In this document: positions 10,770-20,483 of the stretch, one piece after another | How the letters are laid out: every line of letters begins with the position of its first letter | How positions within the stretch are numbered: position 1 is the stretch's first letter | The notes under the pieces: generated by a model | The model's database searches: none | Seen by the model: only the letters and a program-made list of their open reading frames with translations | What the model was told of the DNA's origin: nothing | Translations under genes and position numbers: made by a program | Origin: Candidatus Latescibacterota bacterium | Lineage (GTDB): Bacteria > Latescibacterota > UBA2968 | NCBI GenBank assembly: GCA_965116885.1 | Contig: OZ220741.1 | Location: 4,896,001 to 4,960,000 of the forward strand | Length of the DNA: 64,000 nt | Direction of reading: 5' to 3'

Positions 10770-10894
10770 GAGGGATTCACACACCGACATTAAAATCTAT
10801 AAAATTATTATTTTCAACCTGTTATAAAAATTCTCTAAACTAAAAAATTTCGAAAATAAATGTAGTAAAAATTCACACTGTGCGTCAATACCAC

Positions 10895-10925
10895 AAAAAA
10901 AGCCCCGACCATAAAGAAGGGGCTT
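10895..10925 (-). terminator. Terminator downstream of the MNT-HEPN pair
   Basis: aagcccc...ggggctt stem with an A7 run on +. Confidence 0.55.
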
Positions 10926-10931
10926 CGGAGG

Positions 10932-11390
10932 TCATTCTGATAAAACCAAGAATAATTCCACATCGGCTTGTACTGCATGCCAAACATCTCTCAATTCCCA
11001 CACAAGGTTTTGCATTTTATCCCACACCAGGACAAATGTATAAGTGTGCCTGGATACATGGCGAAAACCAAGATATGGCTGAAGGCGTTCTATCGTTGCT
11101 TGAGTGATGACGGGCTTTCGAGACTCGGCTTTGCGTCCCATCTGAAGCAAAAGATCCTTGTGCCAGGATTCTCCTGCAGGAATTTGCCCATCAACCCGTT
11201 TGCCAATTGTCTGAAAAATATTTTCTACACCATTGTAGAAAGATTGCAATACGGCACCAAGGGCTGTATATTCTATCAGCGTTGGCGCAATTGATCGAGA
11301 AGACTCAATGAGATCATCGTATTCAGAGAGCAATTTTTCAATCTGTTGCAATTCACGCCGCACCAGAACTCGGGTCCGATCATCCAACAT
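10932..11390 (-). CDS. HEPN-domain (HepT-like) ribonuclease toxin
   Basis: 'FYNGVENIF', 'WHKDLL', RX4H motif 'FRHVSRHTY'; overlaps the MNT stop. Confidence 0.85.
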   Translation of the reverse strand: MLDDRTRVLVRRELQQIEKLLSEYDDLIESSRSIAPTLIEYTALGAVLQSFYNGVENIFQTIGKRVDGQIPAGESWHKDLLLQMGRKAESRKPVITQATIERLQPYLGFRHVSRHTYTFVLVWDKMQNLVWELRDVWHAVQADVELFLVLSE

Positions 11391-11688
11391 GGATCAAAGT
11401 CGCTTCGCGTTCAAGAAAGGATGCCAGGTCGGCATCTGAATCCAGGTCTATAAGGTCTGTGATGCGTGTAAGTTCTAAGAGCAATTTACCTTGCAGATTG
11501 TAAAATTTATCTGGTGGGCACCCTCTGACTGCAAAGTCGATATCAGATCGGTCAGTGACACGCCCTTCGGCAACAGATCCAAAGATATAGATAGATTTAC
11601 ATCCTTCGGACTTCAATATATCCACGCCTTTTTCAATGTCTCGCAATATTGTGTCTGACAACTCTGGAAGACTGTCAACAATTGCCAT
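11380..11688 (-). CDS. Minimal nucleotidyltransferase (MntA-like) antitoxin
   Basis: 'IFGSVAEG...SDIDFAV' GSx10DxD motif, 102 aa. Confidence 0.88.
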   Translation of the reverse strand: MAIVDSLPELSDTILRDIEKGVDILKSEGCKSIYIFGSVAEGRVTDRSDIDFAVRGCPPDKFYNLQGKLLLELTRITDLIDLDSDADLASFLEREATLIHVG

Positions 11689-11803
11689 TCTGCTGCACTC
11701 CTTTTACACCGCACAATGTCCTGATTTTTTAAAATAAAATGTAAGTACATTTTTAATCGATACTATTTTTTTTAAAAAATTTCTACAAGTACCCATAAAA
11801 TAA

Positions 11804-11879
11804 TGGAGCCATCCAGCGGATTCGAACCGCCGACCGCCTGATTACGAATCAGGTGCTCTACCAGCTGAGCTAGGATGGC
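11804..11879 (-). tRNA. tRNA-Thr(CGT)
   Basis: GCCATCC acceptor stem, D-arm TAGCTCAGCTGGTAGAGC, anticodon arm CCTGA-TTCGTAA-TCAGG, GGTTCGAATCC, encoded CCA; 76 nt. Confidence 0.97.
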
Positions 11880-11972
11880 TCTAAAATATAAAAAAATACT
11901 ATTCTCGTTCCATGCGAAAAATACACAAAGCTCTAAAAACTGTCAAGAAGGAAGAAAAAAAGGAGGTAAACA

Positions 11973-12755
11973 ATGAAATTTGTCGTCGCTGTCGATTGTG
12001 AGGGCGTAGCCTGTGGCGTGGGATCACCTGGCGCGTCCCTGAACTCTTCTCGAAATTTGGAGTTCGCAAAATTACAGGCCACGAGAGAAGCAGATGCGGC
12101 TGTCCGCGGATTATTTGCAGCCGGTGCAGAGCAGGTAATTGTATGGGATAATCACGGCGGGAGCTTGAATCTGAATTACGATCTCCTGGACGAGCGGTGT
12201 GATATCGCGCTCGGCGTGGGATTTGAACACCGATTTCCCGGCATGGACGAATCATTTGATGGTGTAGTGCTGGTCGGCTATCACGCCATGGACAATACAG
12301 TTGACGGCGTGATGTGTCATACCTTCAGTTCCGCGACGTATCAATGGATCAAGATCAACGGACGAGAAGTGGGAGAGATGGCCATAGACGCGGCCGTTGC
12401 GGGAGAGCGAGGGGTGCCCGTCATTTTTGCCTCAAGTGACGACAAGGGGACCGCAGAAGCCGAATGTTTTTTCCCAGGCGTTGTCACTGTCACGACCAAG
12501 CAAGGGATGGGATGGAATTGTGCGGTGAGCAAACACCCCAAACGGGTGGTCAATGAGATCTATGAAACAATCCAGAGCGCCGTATCCAGGCGGAACGCCA
12601 TAAAACCCTTTGCATTCTCATCGCCACTCACCATGGAAGTCCGCTATAAACGGCTCGAATCCGCGCAGTCGGCCAGCCGCGGATTTTCCGGTGCAGAGCG
12701 CGTTGATCCCTATACTGTGAGACGAACGCTGCAATCCATTCAGGATTATTATTAA
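11973..12755 (+). CDS. M55 family metallopeptidase (DppA-like D-aminopeptidase)
   Basis: 'VDCEG', 'WDNHG', 'VGYHAM', 'HTF', 'VGE'. Confidence 0.85.
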   Translation: MKFVVAVDCEGVACGVGSPGASLNSSRNLEFAKLQATREADAAVRGLFAAGAEQVIVWDNHGGSLNLNYDLLDERCDIALGVGFEHRFPGMDESFDGVVLVGYHAMDNTVDGVMCHTFSSATYQWIKINGREVGEMAIDAAVAGERGVPVIFASSDDKGTAEAECFFPGVVTVTTKQGMGWNCAVSKHPKRVVNEIYETIQSAVSRRNAIKPFAFSSPLTMEVRYKRLESAQSASRGFSGAERVDPYTVRRTLQSIQDYY

Positions 12756-12777
12756 AAAGATGCAAACAGGAGAAAAA

Positions 12778-14244
12778 ATGAAAATTCTGCTCGCAGCCTT
12801 CAAACAAGAAACATCCAGCTTTAACCCTGCACGCACGCCCTACGATATGTTCGACGTGCGATTTGGCGATGAATTGCTCGCACTGCGGGGTAGCAATACC
12901 GAAATCGCTGGCGCGCTCGACATCTTCGCCGAACGCGCAGACATCGACTTAGTACCCATCTATTCAGCATCATCTGTATCCGGCGGGCCAGTCGCCGACG
13001 CGGACCTCAACAAGCTCATGGAAGAACTGCTCACAGGCATTCGCAACAATGCCCCCGCAGACGGAATGCTCATGGTCTTTCACGGCGCAATGGCTGGCGA
13101 AACCGAAGTCGATCCCGAAGGATATGTCCTGACCGAAATCCGCAACATCCTCGGTGATGTGCCCATTGTCACCACCTTTGACCTGCACGGCATCATCACA
13201 GATCGCCTCATCGCGCAATCCGATATCATGGTCCCCTTCCACACGTACCCACACATCGACATGTACGAAACCGGGCAACGGGGGGCGCGCAACCTGCTCG
13301 CCCTTCTCGATGGCAATGTCAAACCCACCGTCGCGCACATCCCATTGCCCATGCTCGTGCGAGGCGACGAACTCATCACCAAAACTGGACGATTTGGTCA
13401 GGCCATCCGCTGGTGCCAGGAAATAGAAAATTCCGAAGGAGGCCTGGGCAGCGGGGTCTATATCGGCAATCCCTTCACCGATGTACCCGACCTGCGCTCC
13501 AACGTCATTGTCTTTATCGACAACGATCCCGAACGCGCACACCGCGAAGCCAAACGCATCGCCCAATACATGTGGGACAATCGCGACCATTTCACCGCGC
13601 CACTCACCGCGATTCCAGACGCCATACGCCTGGCCGAAGAAACCCGGGGCCTTACCGTCTTTTCCGACGCTGCCGATGCCACATCTTCCGGCGCATCTGG
13701 CGATAGCAACGCCATTCTCAAGGGCCTGTTTGAACACAATTACCAGGGCCGCGCACTCCTGCCCATAGTCGATCCTCCGGCCGTTGAAGCAGCCTTCAAC
13801 GCAGGTGTAGGCGCCACCATAACCATACCTATTGGCGGCGCCATAGACAAAGCGCGTTTTTCCCCCCTCGAATGCGAAGTCTATGTCCAACTGCTCACCG
13901 ATGGGGCATATATTACAGGCACGGGCACATCGGGACATGCCGGCAACACGGCTGTGCTCCAGGCCGGGACTTACAGCATCATGGCGACCACGCACCCGGT
14001 AAGCATCATGGATCGCAAAGTCTTTGAAGCGCGCGGCCTCGACCCGCGAGACTTTGACCTGGTCGTGTGCAAATCACCCAACGGCTTTCGGGTTCACTTC
14101 GAAGAAATCGCCGCCCGAATCGTACCTGTTGACGCACCCGGCTCCACCAGTGCCAACTTAAAATCCCTGCCCTATACCGAATGCCAACGCCCCATATTTC
14201 CGCTGGACGATGGCGTGCAACCGCCACGAGAAATAGACGAATAG
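12778..14244 (+). CDS. M81 family metallopeptidase (MlrC-like)
   Basis: 'QETSSFNP', 'HGAM', 'DLHG', 'TYPHID'. Confidence 0.88.
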   Translation: MKILLAAFKQETSSFNPARTPYDMFDVRFGDELLALRGSNTEIAGALDIFAERADIDLVPIYSASSVSGGPVADADLNKLMEELLTGIRNNAPADGMLMVFHGAMAGETEVDPEGYVLTEIRNILGDVPIVTTFDLHGIITDRLIAQSDIMVPFHTYPHIDMYETGQRGARNLLALLDGNVKPTVAHIPLPMLVRGDELITKTGRFGQAIRWCQEIENSEGGLGSGVYIGNPFTDVPDLRSNVIVFIDNDPERAHREAKRIAQYMWDNRDHFTAPLTAIPDAIRLAEETRGLTVFSDAADATSSGASGDSNAILKGLFEHNYQGRALLPIVDPPAVEAAFNAGVGATITIPIGGAIDKARFSPLECEVYVQLLTDGAYITGTGTSGHAGNTAVLQAGTYSIMATTHPVSIMDRKVFEARGLDPRDFDLVVCKSPNGFRVHFEEIAARIVPVDAPGSTSANLKSLPYTECQRPIFPLDDGVQPPREIDE

Positions 14245-14245
14245 T

Positions 14246-15307
14246 ATGACACTGCTATGCCAAAGCTGTGGAAAAACCCGTAGCGCCAACACCTTGCAGT
14301 GGCACTGCACCTGCGGAGGCCTCTTTGACCTCCACTTTGAAGCCGAGCTTTTCGTTGACGCACTGCCTCACCGACCGCCCACCCTGTGGCGCTACCGCGA
14401 AGCCATTCCCATCGAAGACGACGCCCATATCGTCACCCTCGATGAAGGGTTCACACCACTGACCCCCTTAACCATCGCCGGCAAATCTCTCCTCGTCAAA
14501 CAGGACCACCTGTTTCCATCTGGTTCGTACAAAGACCGCGGCGCAACCGTTTTGATCAGCCATGCAAAAGCACTGGACATTCACCACATGGTCGAAGATT
14601 CGTCGGGCAATGCAGGTGCGGCTGTCGCGGCTTACGCGGCGCGTGCGGGAATTGCCTGTGACATCTACGTTCCCGACAGCACATCAGCGGCAAAACTCGC
14701 GCAAATTCAGAGCTATGGCGCAACCCTATACAAAATCCCGGGATCGCGGGAAGACACAGCGCATGCGGTTCAAGACGCGGCACAAAAACACTTTTATGCA
14801 AGCCATGTCTGGAGCCCCTTCTTCTTTCACGGCACCAAAACTTATGCATACGAAATCTGGGAACAACGCAATTTCAACATACCAGATACACTCATCATAC
14901 CAACGGGAAACGGAACGCTACTGATCGGTGCTTACATCGGATTCACGGACCTTCTCAAACAAAATTTGATCACCCACCTGCCCAAACTCATCGCCGTGCA
15001 ATCCGCCCATTGCGCCCCTCTCACACCCACCTGGACGGGCAAATCCTCCGCGACCATCGCCGAAGGCATCGCCATTGCAGAACCCGCCCGCGCAGCGCAG
15101 ATCGTCCAGTGCATTGATAAAACAGGGGGCGACATCCTCACCGTTGACGACCGCGAAACGCGCAACGCCCAAAAACTAATGACCGAAATGGGCTTTTACA
15201 TCGAACCCACTTCGGCCACAGCCATTGCAGCTTATGTGAAATACCCATCTCAAAAAGACGAAATCGTCGTCGCCCCCCTCACGGGACACGGTCTAAAAGC
15301 AAAATAA
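14246..15307 (+). CDS. Threonine synthase-like PLP-dependent enzyme
   Basis: N-terminal CxxC..CxC, 'PSGSYKDRG', 'DSSGNAG', 'IEPTSA', 'LTGHGLK'. Confidence 0.85.
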   Translation: MTLLCQSCGKTRSANTLQWHCTCGGLFDLHFEAELFVDALPHRPPTLWRYREAIPIEDDAHIVTLDEGFTPLTPLTIAGKSLLVKQDHLFPSGSYKDRGATVLISHAKALDIHHMVEDSSGNAGAAVAAYAARAGIACDIYVPDSTSAAKLAQIQSYGATLYKIPGSREDTAHAVQDAAQKHFYASHVWSPFFFHGTKTYAYEIWEQRNFNIPDTLIIPTGNGTLLIGAYIGFTDLLKQNLITHLPKLIAVQSAHCAPLTPTWTGKSSATIAEGIAIAEPARAAQIVQCIDKTGGDILTVDDRETRNAQKLMTEMGFYIEPTSATAIAAYVKYPSQKDEIVVAPLTGHGLKAK

Positions 15308-15310
15308 CGA

Positions 15311-16702
15311 TCATACCCGCCAGGAAATTTTCTCCCAATCCTCATCCTCGCATTGTTGCACGTATTCCCGCACAATCCGCAACGCATTTTCGGGACTGCC
15401 CGAGCGATCCATATCCACCCAATTTATCGCGTCGCGTTTTGCGACCATCCAGCTTTTCAAAATTTCAAAAGAGTCACCCGTTTCAAGATCTGATTCCAAT
15501 TCCTCGAGAAAGTAGAACTCGTGCAGCGTACGCTCTATCACCTCCCAATCGCACAGATCTTTGTTCGCACGCACCTGAAAAAAAGATGTATCATTCACAA
15601 CACAGAACAACTCGACGCAATCCAACTCAGCCGACGGCAGAATCAGCACTATATTTTTCAAATTACCCAATTCCGCATCGCGCTTGTGTACATCGAGCTG
15701 CGTATTAAACTCTGGCTGGCACAGCGCAATCAGTTTCGACTCCAGCAGGAGCGCCTCAAGCTCAGAACCAACCGTCTCCACCTCCATGGACCATATCCGA
15801 TCCAAAATACGCTGCGTCTTTTCTGGTCGCTCCGATCTTCTGGCAAAATAACTGCCCACGCGCCTACGCAAATTCACCGCCTTGCCCACATAAATCACGC
15901 CACCCTCGCGATCTCGCATAATATAAACCCCGGGCAACTCGGGCAACGAACTCAAAAATACCTCGTCAAAAGCATACGCATCAAAATGTATTGGAATGGG
16001 ATCCGGGTATAGCGCGGCAGTCACTGCCTCAATAGTATTGAGACCTTCCTCTTCACACCGCTCCAAAAGATCCAACAGAATATCGGCCTGCAGACTCGCC
16101 TCCCCTTCAGCTCCGCGATCCGACACAAAAGACATCCCCATAGCAGAAGCCAGATCCTCGACAGAATGCAACCGCACATCGGGACAAAAACGTCTCCCCA
16201 GCCGAAACAGACAAATCCCGGAATCTACGACATCTTTACCCATCATCAGGCGACTCATCCTATTCAAATCTCTCCGCATCCTGGACCACTGAAATCCCAC
16301 TGGAATCGCATCGCTCACCCCTTCGGCAAAAGAATCCAAAATCCCCTCTCGACCATCCAGGCGTACCTGAACCATAGGAAATAGCGTTTCGCGTCCCCCC
16401 ATCTGCACCTTGCGCCCCGCAAGTGCATAAACCTCTGCATCCGCAGACGGGACCAGCCCAAAACAAAAAAAAGAAACCTCCCGCAGGGTCTTACCCTGTC
16501 CCGGAGGTCTTAAATACCACATACCACTGCGATCACATACAAAACGGGAATCATCTTCAACAGCCGCGCGCACCACCTTATCGGCTATGCGACCGCGTGC
16601 GCCGTATAACCCCAAGGCCTCAGAAGCCAGCACCTCTGCGTGTACACCCGTATCGCGCTGCTCTAAAAAAGCGTAGATGCGATCCTTAACGGTTTTATTC
16701 AC
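15311..16702 (-). CDS. GIY-YIG (UvrC/Cho-like) nuclease with degenerate DnaQ-like N-terminal region
   Basis: 'LPELPGVYIM...VIYVGKAVNLRRRV.SYF', 'SELEALLLE...PEFN'. Confidence 0.8.
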   Translation of the reverse strand: MNKTVKDRIYAFLEQRDTGVHAEVLASEALGLYGARGRIADKVVRAAVEDDSRFVCDRSGMWYLRPPGQGKTLREVSFFCFGLVPSADAEVYALAGRKVQMGGRETLFPMVQVRLDGREGILDSFAEGVSDAIPVGFQWSRMRRDLNRMSRLMMGKDVVDSGICLFRLGRRFCPDVRLHSVEDLASAMGMSFVSDRGAEGEASLQADILLDLLERCEEEGLNTIEAVTAALYPDPIPIHFDAYAFDEVFLSSLPELPGVYIMRDREGGVIYVGKAVNLRRRVGSYFARRSERPEKTQRILDRIWSMEVETVGSELEALLLESKLIALCQPEFNTQLDVHKRDAELGNLKNIVLILPSAELDCVELFCVVNDTSFFQVRANKDLCDWEVIERTLHEFYFLEELESDLETGDSFEILKSWMVAKRDAINWVDMDRSGSPENALRIVREYVQQCEDEDWEKISWRV

Positions 16703-16710
16703 TGTTTATC

Positions 16711-17538
16711 CTATTGGGATTTGCGCGCAATCGCACACAGCCATTCGCCATCGTCGAGCATCTCATCAAGCACCAGATTGGCCCTGTCCAGTGCTGTACA
16801 AAACGCCTCGCGCTCACGGTCCAAAATCCCCCCTAAAATTGCATATCCTTCGGGATGCAGCCGCTTTGCCAGTTCTGGAACTATAGGCAACAAAATACTG
16901 CTGATGATATTTGCAACCACCACATCAAAAATCCCCGATACCCTATCGACAGAACACTGCATCAAAACCACCTGTGCATCCACACCATTCAAAACACAGT
17001 TGGCCCGGGCATTCTCAATCGCAGCCGCCTCAATATCCACCGCCATGACCTTTGCCGCGCCCAACTTCACAGCCGCAATACTCAAAATCCCCGATCCCGT
17101 ACCAACATCCAGCACCCGATCCCCTGATGTTATCTTCTTCTCCAGGCCCAAAAGTGCCAGACGCGTTGTCTCGTGATGCCCGGTGCCAAACGCCATTTGC
17201 GGATCAATCGCGATTGTAAAACCACCCGGAGGATCGGGCACCCTGTCCCACGGTGGACAAATTGCCATGCGAGGCGTTGGATAAACAGGCTGAAAAAAAG
17301 AACGCCACCCCAGTGTCCAATCCGTATCGGGCACGGGTTCAAAGCGGCATTCATAGGGCCTGAGAGCCTGTTCTATCTCCGCTTTATTTTCTGCCACCTC
17401 AAAATACGCCGTCAGCCGAACCCCATCGCTTATGTCCTCTTCCACCACACCACAACACCCCAGCTCGAACAACTCGGCAGACACAATTTCAACCCTTGCC
17501 TGCGGCAGTACCACAGATACTTGAAAATAAGTATTCAC
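16711..17538 (-). CDS. prmA: 50S ribosomal protein L11 methyltransferase
   Basis: 'DPQMAFGTGHHETT', 'VLDVGTGSGILSI', 'VVANI'; GTG start. Confidence 0.92.
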   Translation of the reverse strand: MNTYFQVSVVLPQARVEIVSAELFELGCCGVVEEDISDGVRLTAYFEVAENKAEIEQALRPYECRFEPVPDTDWTLGWRSFFQPVYPTPRMAICPPWDRVPDPPGGFTIAIDPQMAFGTGHHETTRLALLGLEKKITSGDRVLDVGTGSGILSIAAVKLGAAKVMAVDIEAAAIENARANCVLNGVDAQVVLMQCSVDRVSGIFDVVVANIISSILLPIVPELAKRLHPEGYAILGGILDREREAFCTALDRANLVLDEMLDDGEWLCAIARKSQ

Positions 17539-17542
17539 TTTC

Positions 17543-19495
17543 TCACCACGAATGCGTGCGATGGCCCTGCCCTGGAAACCATATCTGATCGACAAAAAAC
17601 GACAGAAGCACACCCAGAGCATGGCCTACGAGCAACCCCAAAAATAAGGGACGCAAACGCCGATAGAGTTCCACACCGCCTATGCGTAAAATGATCGATT
17701 TGATACCCCAGGCCATAAAAACAGAAAAAACTGAATGCACGGCATGCGTCAGCGGCACAACCATGCCAATGGGCGCGAGGGGCCACCATGCAAAACGGTA
17801 GCGCATCAGACTCACCGCTGCAAAAATGCCAACGCCCAACAGCAAAAACAGGGGGCGCTCGCTCTCCCATTTTTCTTCGCCCTTCAGCGCCTTGACCAGC
17901 CCATCATAGGTTCGCGGCGGATAGCGCGTAAATGGAAAATCATTAAAATTATAAGCCCCGTGCAAATAGCCCAGATAAAGCGAATAGGCAATTGCAGCGC
18001 CAATGCCTATCACGAGCGTCAGTCCAATGCCCACAACCAGCAACTTCTTATTTCTTCCCGCCATATCCGCAATGCGCGCCGCATGCACGAGTGGAGGCAT
18101 AAACATTGCTTTGTTCTGTGAGCGCACCGAATCGACCAGACGCAATGCCGTCAGCGTTGAAGCATCAAATGATTTGGGGCCAAAAATAAAAGGCAAGAGA
18201 CCATTGGGCGTCATCGGCATGCTAAAATAAATCACGCCCGTCTCGGCAATCACCCTTGCCGTACCCAAATAGGTAACAAAAATACCCAGCGTAAGAGCAA
18301 TCGCAACAGCCCAGCTAATCCCCACAGTTTGAAACCAGAAAATCAAAAAAATCAGACTGAACAGCAGGCCAAACGCACACGCCCGATACGAAAGCATCTC
18401 ATCTGAATCATCAATCCGGCGATCCCCGCGAAACGCTTTGACAAACACATCGCGAATGTGGAACCGCGCCATCCACAACCCAAATAAAACCATCGCCACA
18501 AACGCGCCCCCAGCTTGTAGCGAAGTCGTCGCATCTGCAGCACTGCCTTTATTGCTCAGATTAATCCCCACGCGCCTGTAAAACATGGCCTGCACGCAGT
18601 AAAACAAATAAAATACCCAGATGGAAAACAGCACATCCAGGTTGGCAAAATAGGCAAAACCCACAGTATAAAAATTGAACCGCACATGAATGCGCGGGAA
18701 ATACACGCCCATGGGCATCCACCCCGGCCCCAGGCTGATAACCGGAAATCCGGGTGAAAAATAACTGATGATATTCCAGGACAGGATGAGAAATGGAATC
18801 GCAGCACCAAACAGGAAGAATTTATTCTTTAAAAGGGGCACTCTGTACTCTGCTTCAGCCAGATCACCCGCCGGGTGCAAAATGGGATAGGCCAATCGCT
18901 CGTGCTCTGCCCATTGCTTGCGCAACATCACCGCCAGACAAATGCACCCCACTACAATGGCAGCAATAAACGTCATCCACCCAAACAAAGGCACAAACCA
19001 CACGCCCCAGGGAATGGGCATGTCCGGACTGGGCAGACCCTCAAACAACCACTGCATAGCCCCGCCTTCATTGGAGGGAATCAACCAGTTGGGCAAATAC
19101 TGGTGAAAATAACTTCCCCACTGATTCTCTGGCGTGGCGAGATAATAGGGAATGGAAATCATGCCCAAAAAATAACTCGTCAGCCCAAAGGCGGGAACAG
19201 CAGCCCCCACCAATCCCATCGCCAGAATCGTCCACACTTCGGTACTCGTCAATGCCCATTGAGCCCGCCATCGACGCGCGAGTGCATTGCCCAGAGTCAA
19301 CACCACATAAGGCGCAAATAACGCAATCGGAAAATGCGTGATATTCATACGTGCGGTGTGGGCGATATATTCGACATACGTATTCCACCCAATAACGACC
19401 AGCGCGAGTACCAACCCCACAATAATTGATCGCGCAGTCACACCTTCCCGCGCGGCGAATGCATCGCGATCAACGATTCCCTCCTCAAGAGCCAT
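17543..19495 (-). CDS. DUF6785/DUF6784-type polytopic membrane protein
   Basis: Many TM helices; 'YLATPENQW', 'RKQWAEHERLAYP', 'RVIAETG', 'WWPLAPIG', 'RPLFLGL'. Confidence 0.7.
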   Translation of the reverse strand: MALEEGIVDRDAFAAREGVTARSIIVGLVLALVVIGWNTYVEYIAHTARMNITHFPIALFAPYVVLTLGNALARRWRAQWALTSTEVWTILAMGLVGAAVPAFGLTSYFLGMISIPYYLATPENQWGSYFHQYLPNWLIPSNEGGAMQWLFEGLPSPDMPIPWGVWFVPLFGWMTFIAAIVVGCICLAVMLRKQWAEHERLAYPILHPAGDLAEAEYRVPLLKNKFFLFGAAIPFLILSWNIISYFSPGFPVISLGPGWMPMGVYFPRIHVRFNFYTVGFAYFANLDVLFSIWVFYLFYCVQAMFYRRVGINLSNKGSAADATTSLQAGGAFVAMVLFGLWMARFHIRDVFVKAFRGDRRIDDSDEMLSYRACAFGLLFSLIFLIFWFQTVGISWAVAIALTLGIFVTYLGTARVIAETGVIYFSMPMTPNGLLPFIFGPKSFDASTLTALRLVDSVRSQNKAMFMPPLVHAARIADMAGRNKKLLVVGIGLTLVIGIGAAIAYSLYLGYLHGAYNFNDFPFTRYPPRTYDGLVKALKGEEKWESERPLFLLLGVGIFAAVSLMRYRFAWWPLAPIGMVVPLTHAVHSVFSVFMAWGIKSIILRIGGVELYRRLRPLFLGLLVGHALGVLLSFFVDQIWFPGQGHRTHSW

Positions 19496-19511
19496 CTTGT
19501 AATATTTCCTC

Positions 19512-19547
19512 CTATGTCCTCAACAGGGCGTATTTCGCTTCATCCAT
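19512..19547 (-). pseudogene. 11-codon stub (MDEAKYALLRT*) of the probable HEPN toxin partner
   Basis: ATG overlaps the MNT stop (ATGGATGA), as in the intact pair at 11380-11390 (ATGTTGGATGA). Confidence 0.45.
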
Positions 19548-19887
19548 AGATCTTCATTCCTTTTTGTCGAAAGTGATCTGCAGACATGTGCAAATCCAGA
19601 TCAATCACATCCACATCCCGTTCAACAGCATCTTCGACAACCTTCATCACATCCAGAACGCGCGCAGAAGCACCACCAATTGCCACATCGACATCGGACT
19701 TGTGATCCCATCGGTGTAAAAAAAGAAGCGATCCAACGATAAAAGCCTCGCGCACCCCATACTTCTCCCGACAAACGCGCAACGCACTCGCCACACGATC
19801 TATAAGCGCGACACGCTCCCTATTTCTCTGCCTGCGCCGTATCTTCAATGTTCTATCGAGAACATCCGTCTCAAACATATCGTCCAC
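19540..19887 (-). CDS. Minimal nucleotidyltransferase (orphan MntA-like)
   Basis: 'IVGSL...SDVDVAI', 'DVDVIDL'. Confidence 0.8.
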   Translation of the reverse strand: MDDMFETDVLDRTLKIRRRQRNRERVALIDRVASALRVCREKYGVREAFIVGSLLFLHRWDHKSDVDVAIGGASARVLDVMKVVEDAVERDVDVIDLDLHMSADHFRQKGMKIYG

Positions 19888-19990
19888 CTATAATTGAAAA
19901 AATTTTAGGCATCCCAATATATACAAATACCCGGCGGGGAACAATGAGCAATGATCGAGAGAAGACACTCACTATGAATTCACTTTAACT

Positions 19991-20035
19991 AAAAAAAGGG
20001 CGCGAGCAGGCAAACTCTCACGACCCTTTCTTTTT
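19991..20035. terminator. Probable bidirectional terminator
   Basis: aaaggg...cccttt imperfect stem flanked by A and T runs. Confidence 0.45.
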
Positions 20036-20105
20036 AGAAATTTGAGGTGATCTTTATTTTACTACATCTGAAAATGAAGCATCGTCACAATCGAAAGTGT
20101 AATGT

Positions 20106-20483
20106 TCAGGCGTCAATATAAGAAATGTCGTACTGCTTGAGACGCATATCCCGTGTGACGAGCGTCAAGTCCTCCAATTGCACTTGCGCCACCTGGATGC
20201 GGTCAAAAGGATCCTGGTGGATTGACGGCAGAGAAGCCACGGCCAGAGCATGTGGCACAGTGATGGGCAGAGGTTGAAAACGGTCTTCCTCCATAACTGC
20301 TTCCAGGTCGTCGGGAGCCTGGAGTTTGCCGAGTGCCTTTTTGATGGCGATTTCCCAGACCGCCGCCGCGCTGACAAAAACCTCATTGCTATTTAAAGAG
20401 ATCGCCTCCCGGGCAGGGGAAGCGAGTAAAACAGGATCGTCCAGCCACCACAGGAGCACATGGGTATCCAGCAACAACCTCAC
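20106..20483 (-). CDS. vapC: PIN-domain toxin
   Basis: 'LLLDTHVLLWW', 'VWEIAIK', 'HQDPFDR'. Confidence 0.92.
   Translation of the reverse strand: MRLLLDTHVLLWWLDDPVLLASPAREAISLNSNEVFVSAAAVWEIAIKKALGKLQAPDDLEAVMEEDRFQPLPITVPHALAVASLPSIHQDPFDRIQVAQVQLEDLTLVTRDMRLKQYDISYIDA

Noticed and set aside
11700..11900. Prophage or ICE integrated at tRNA-Thr
   Set aside because: No integrase, phage genes or duplicated tRNA 3' end seen in the window
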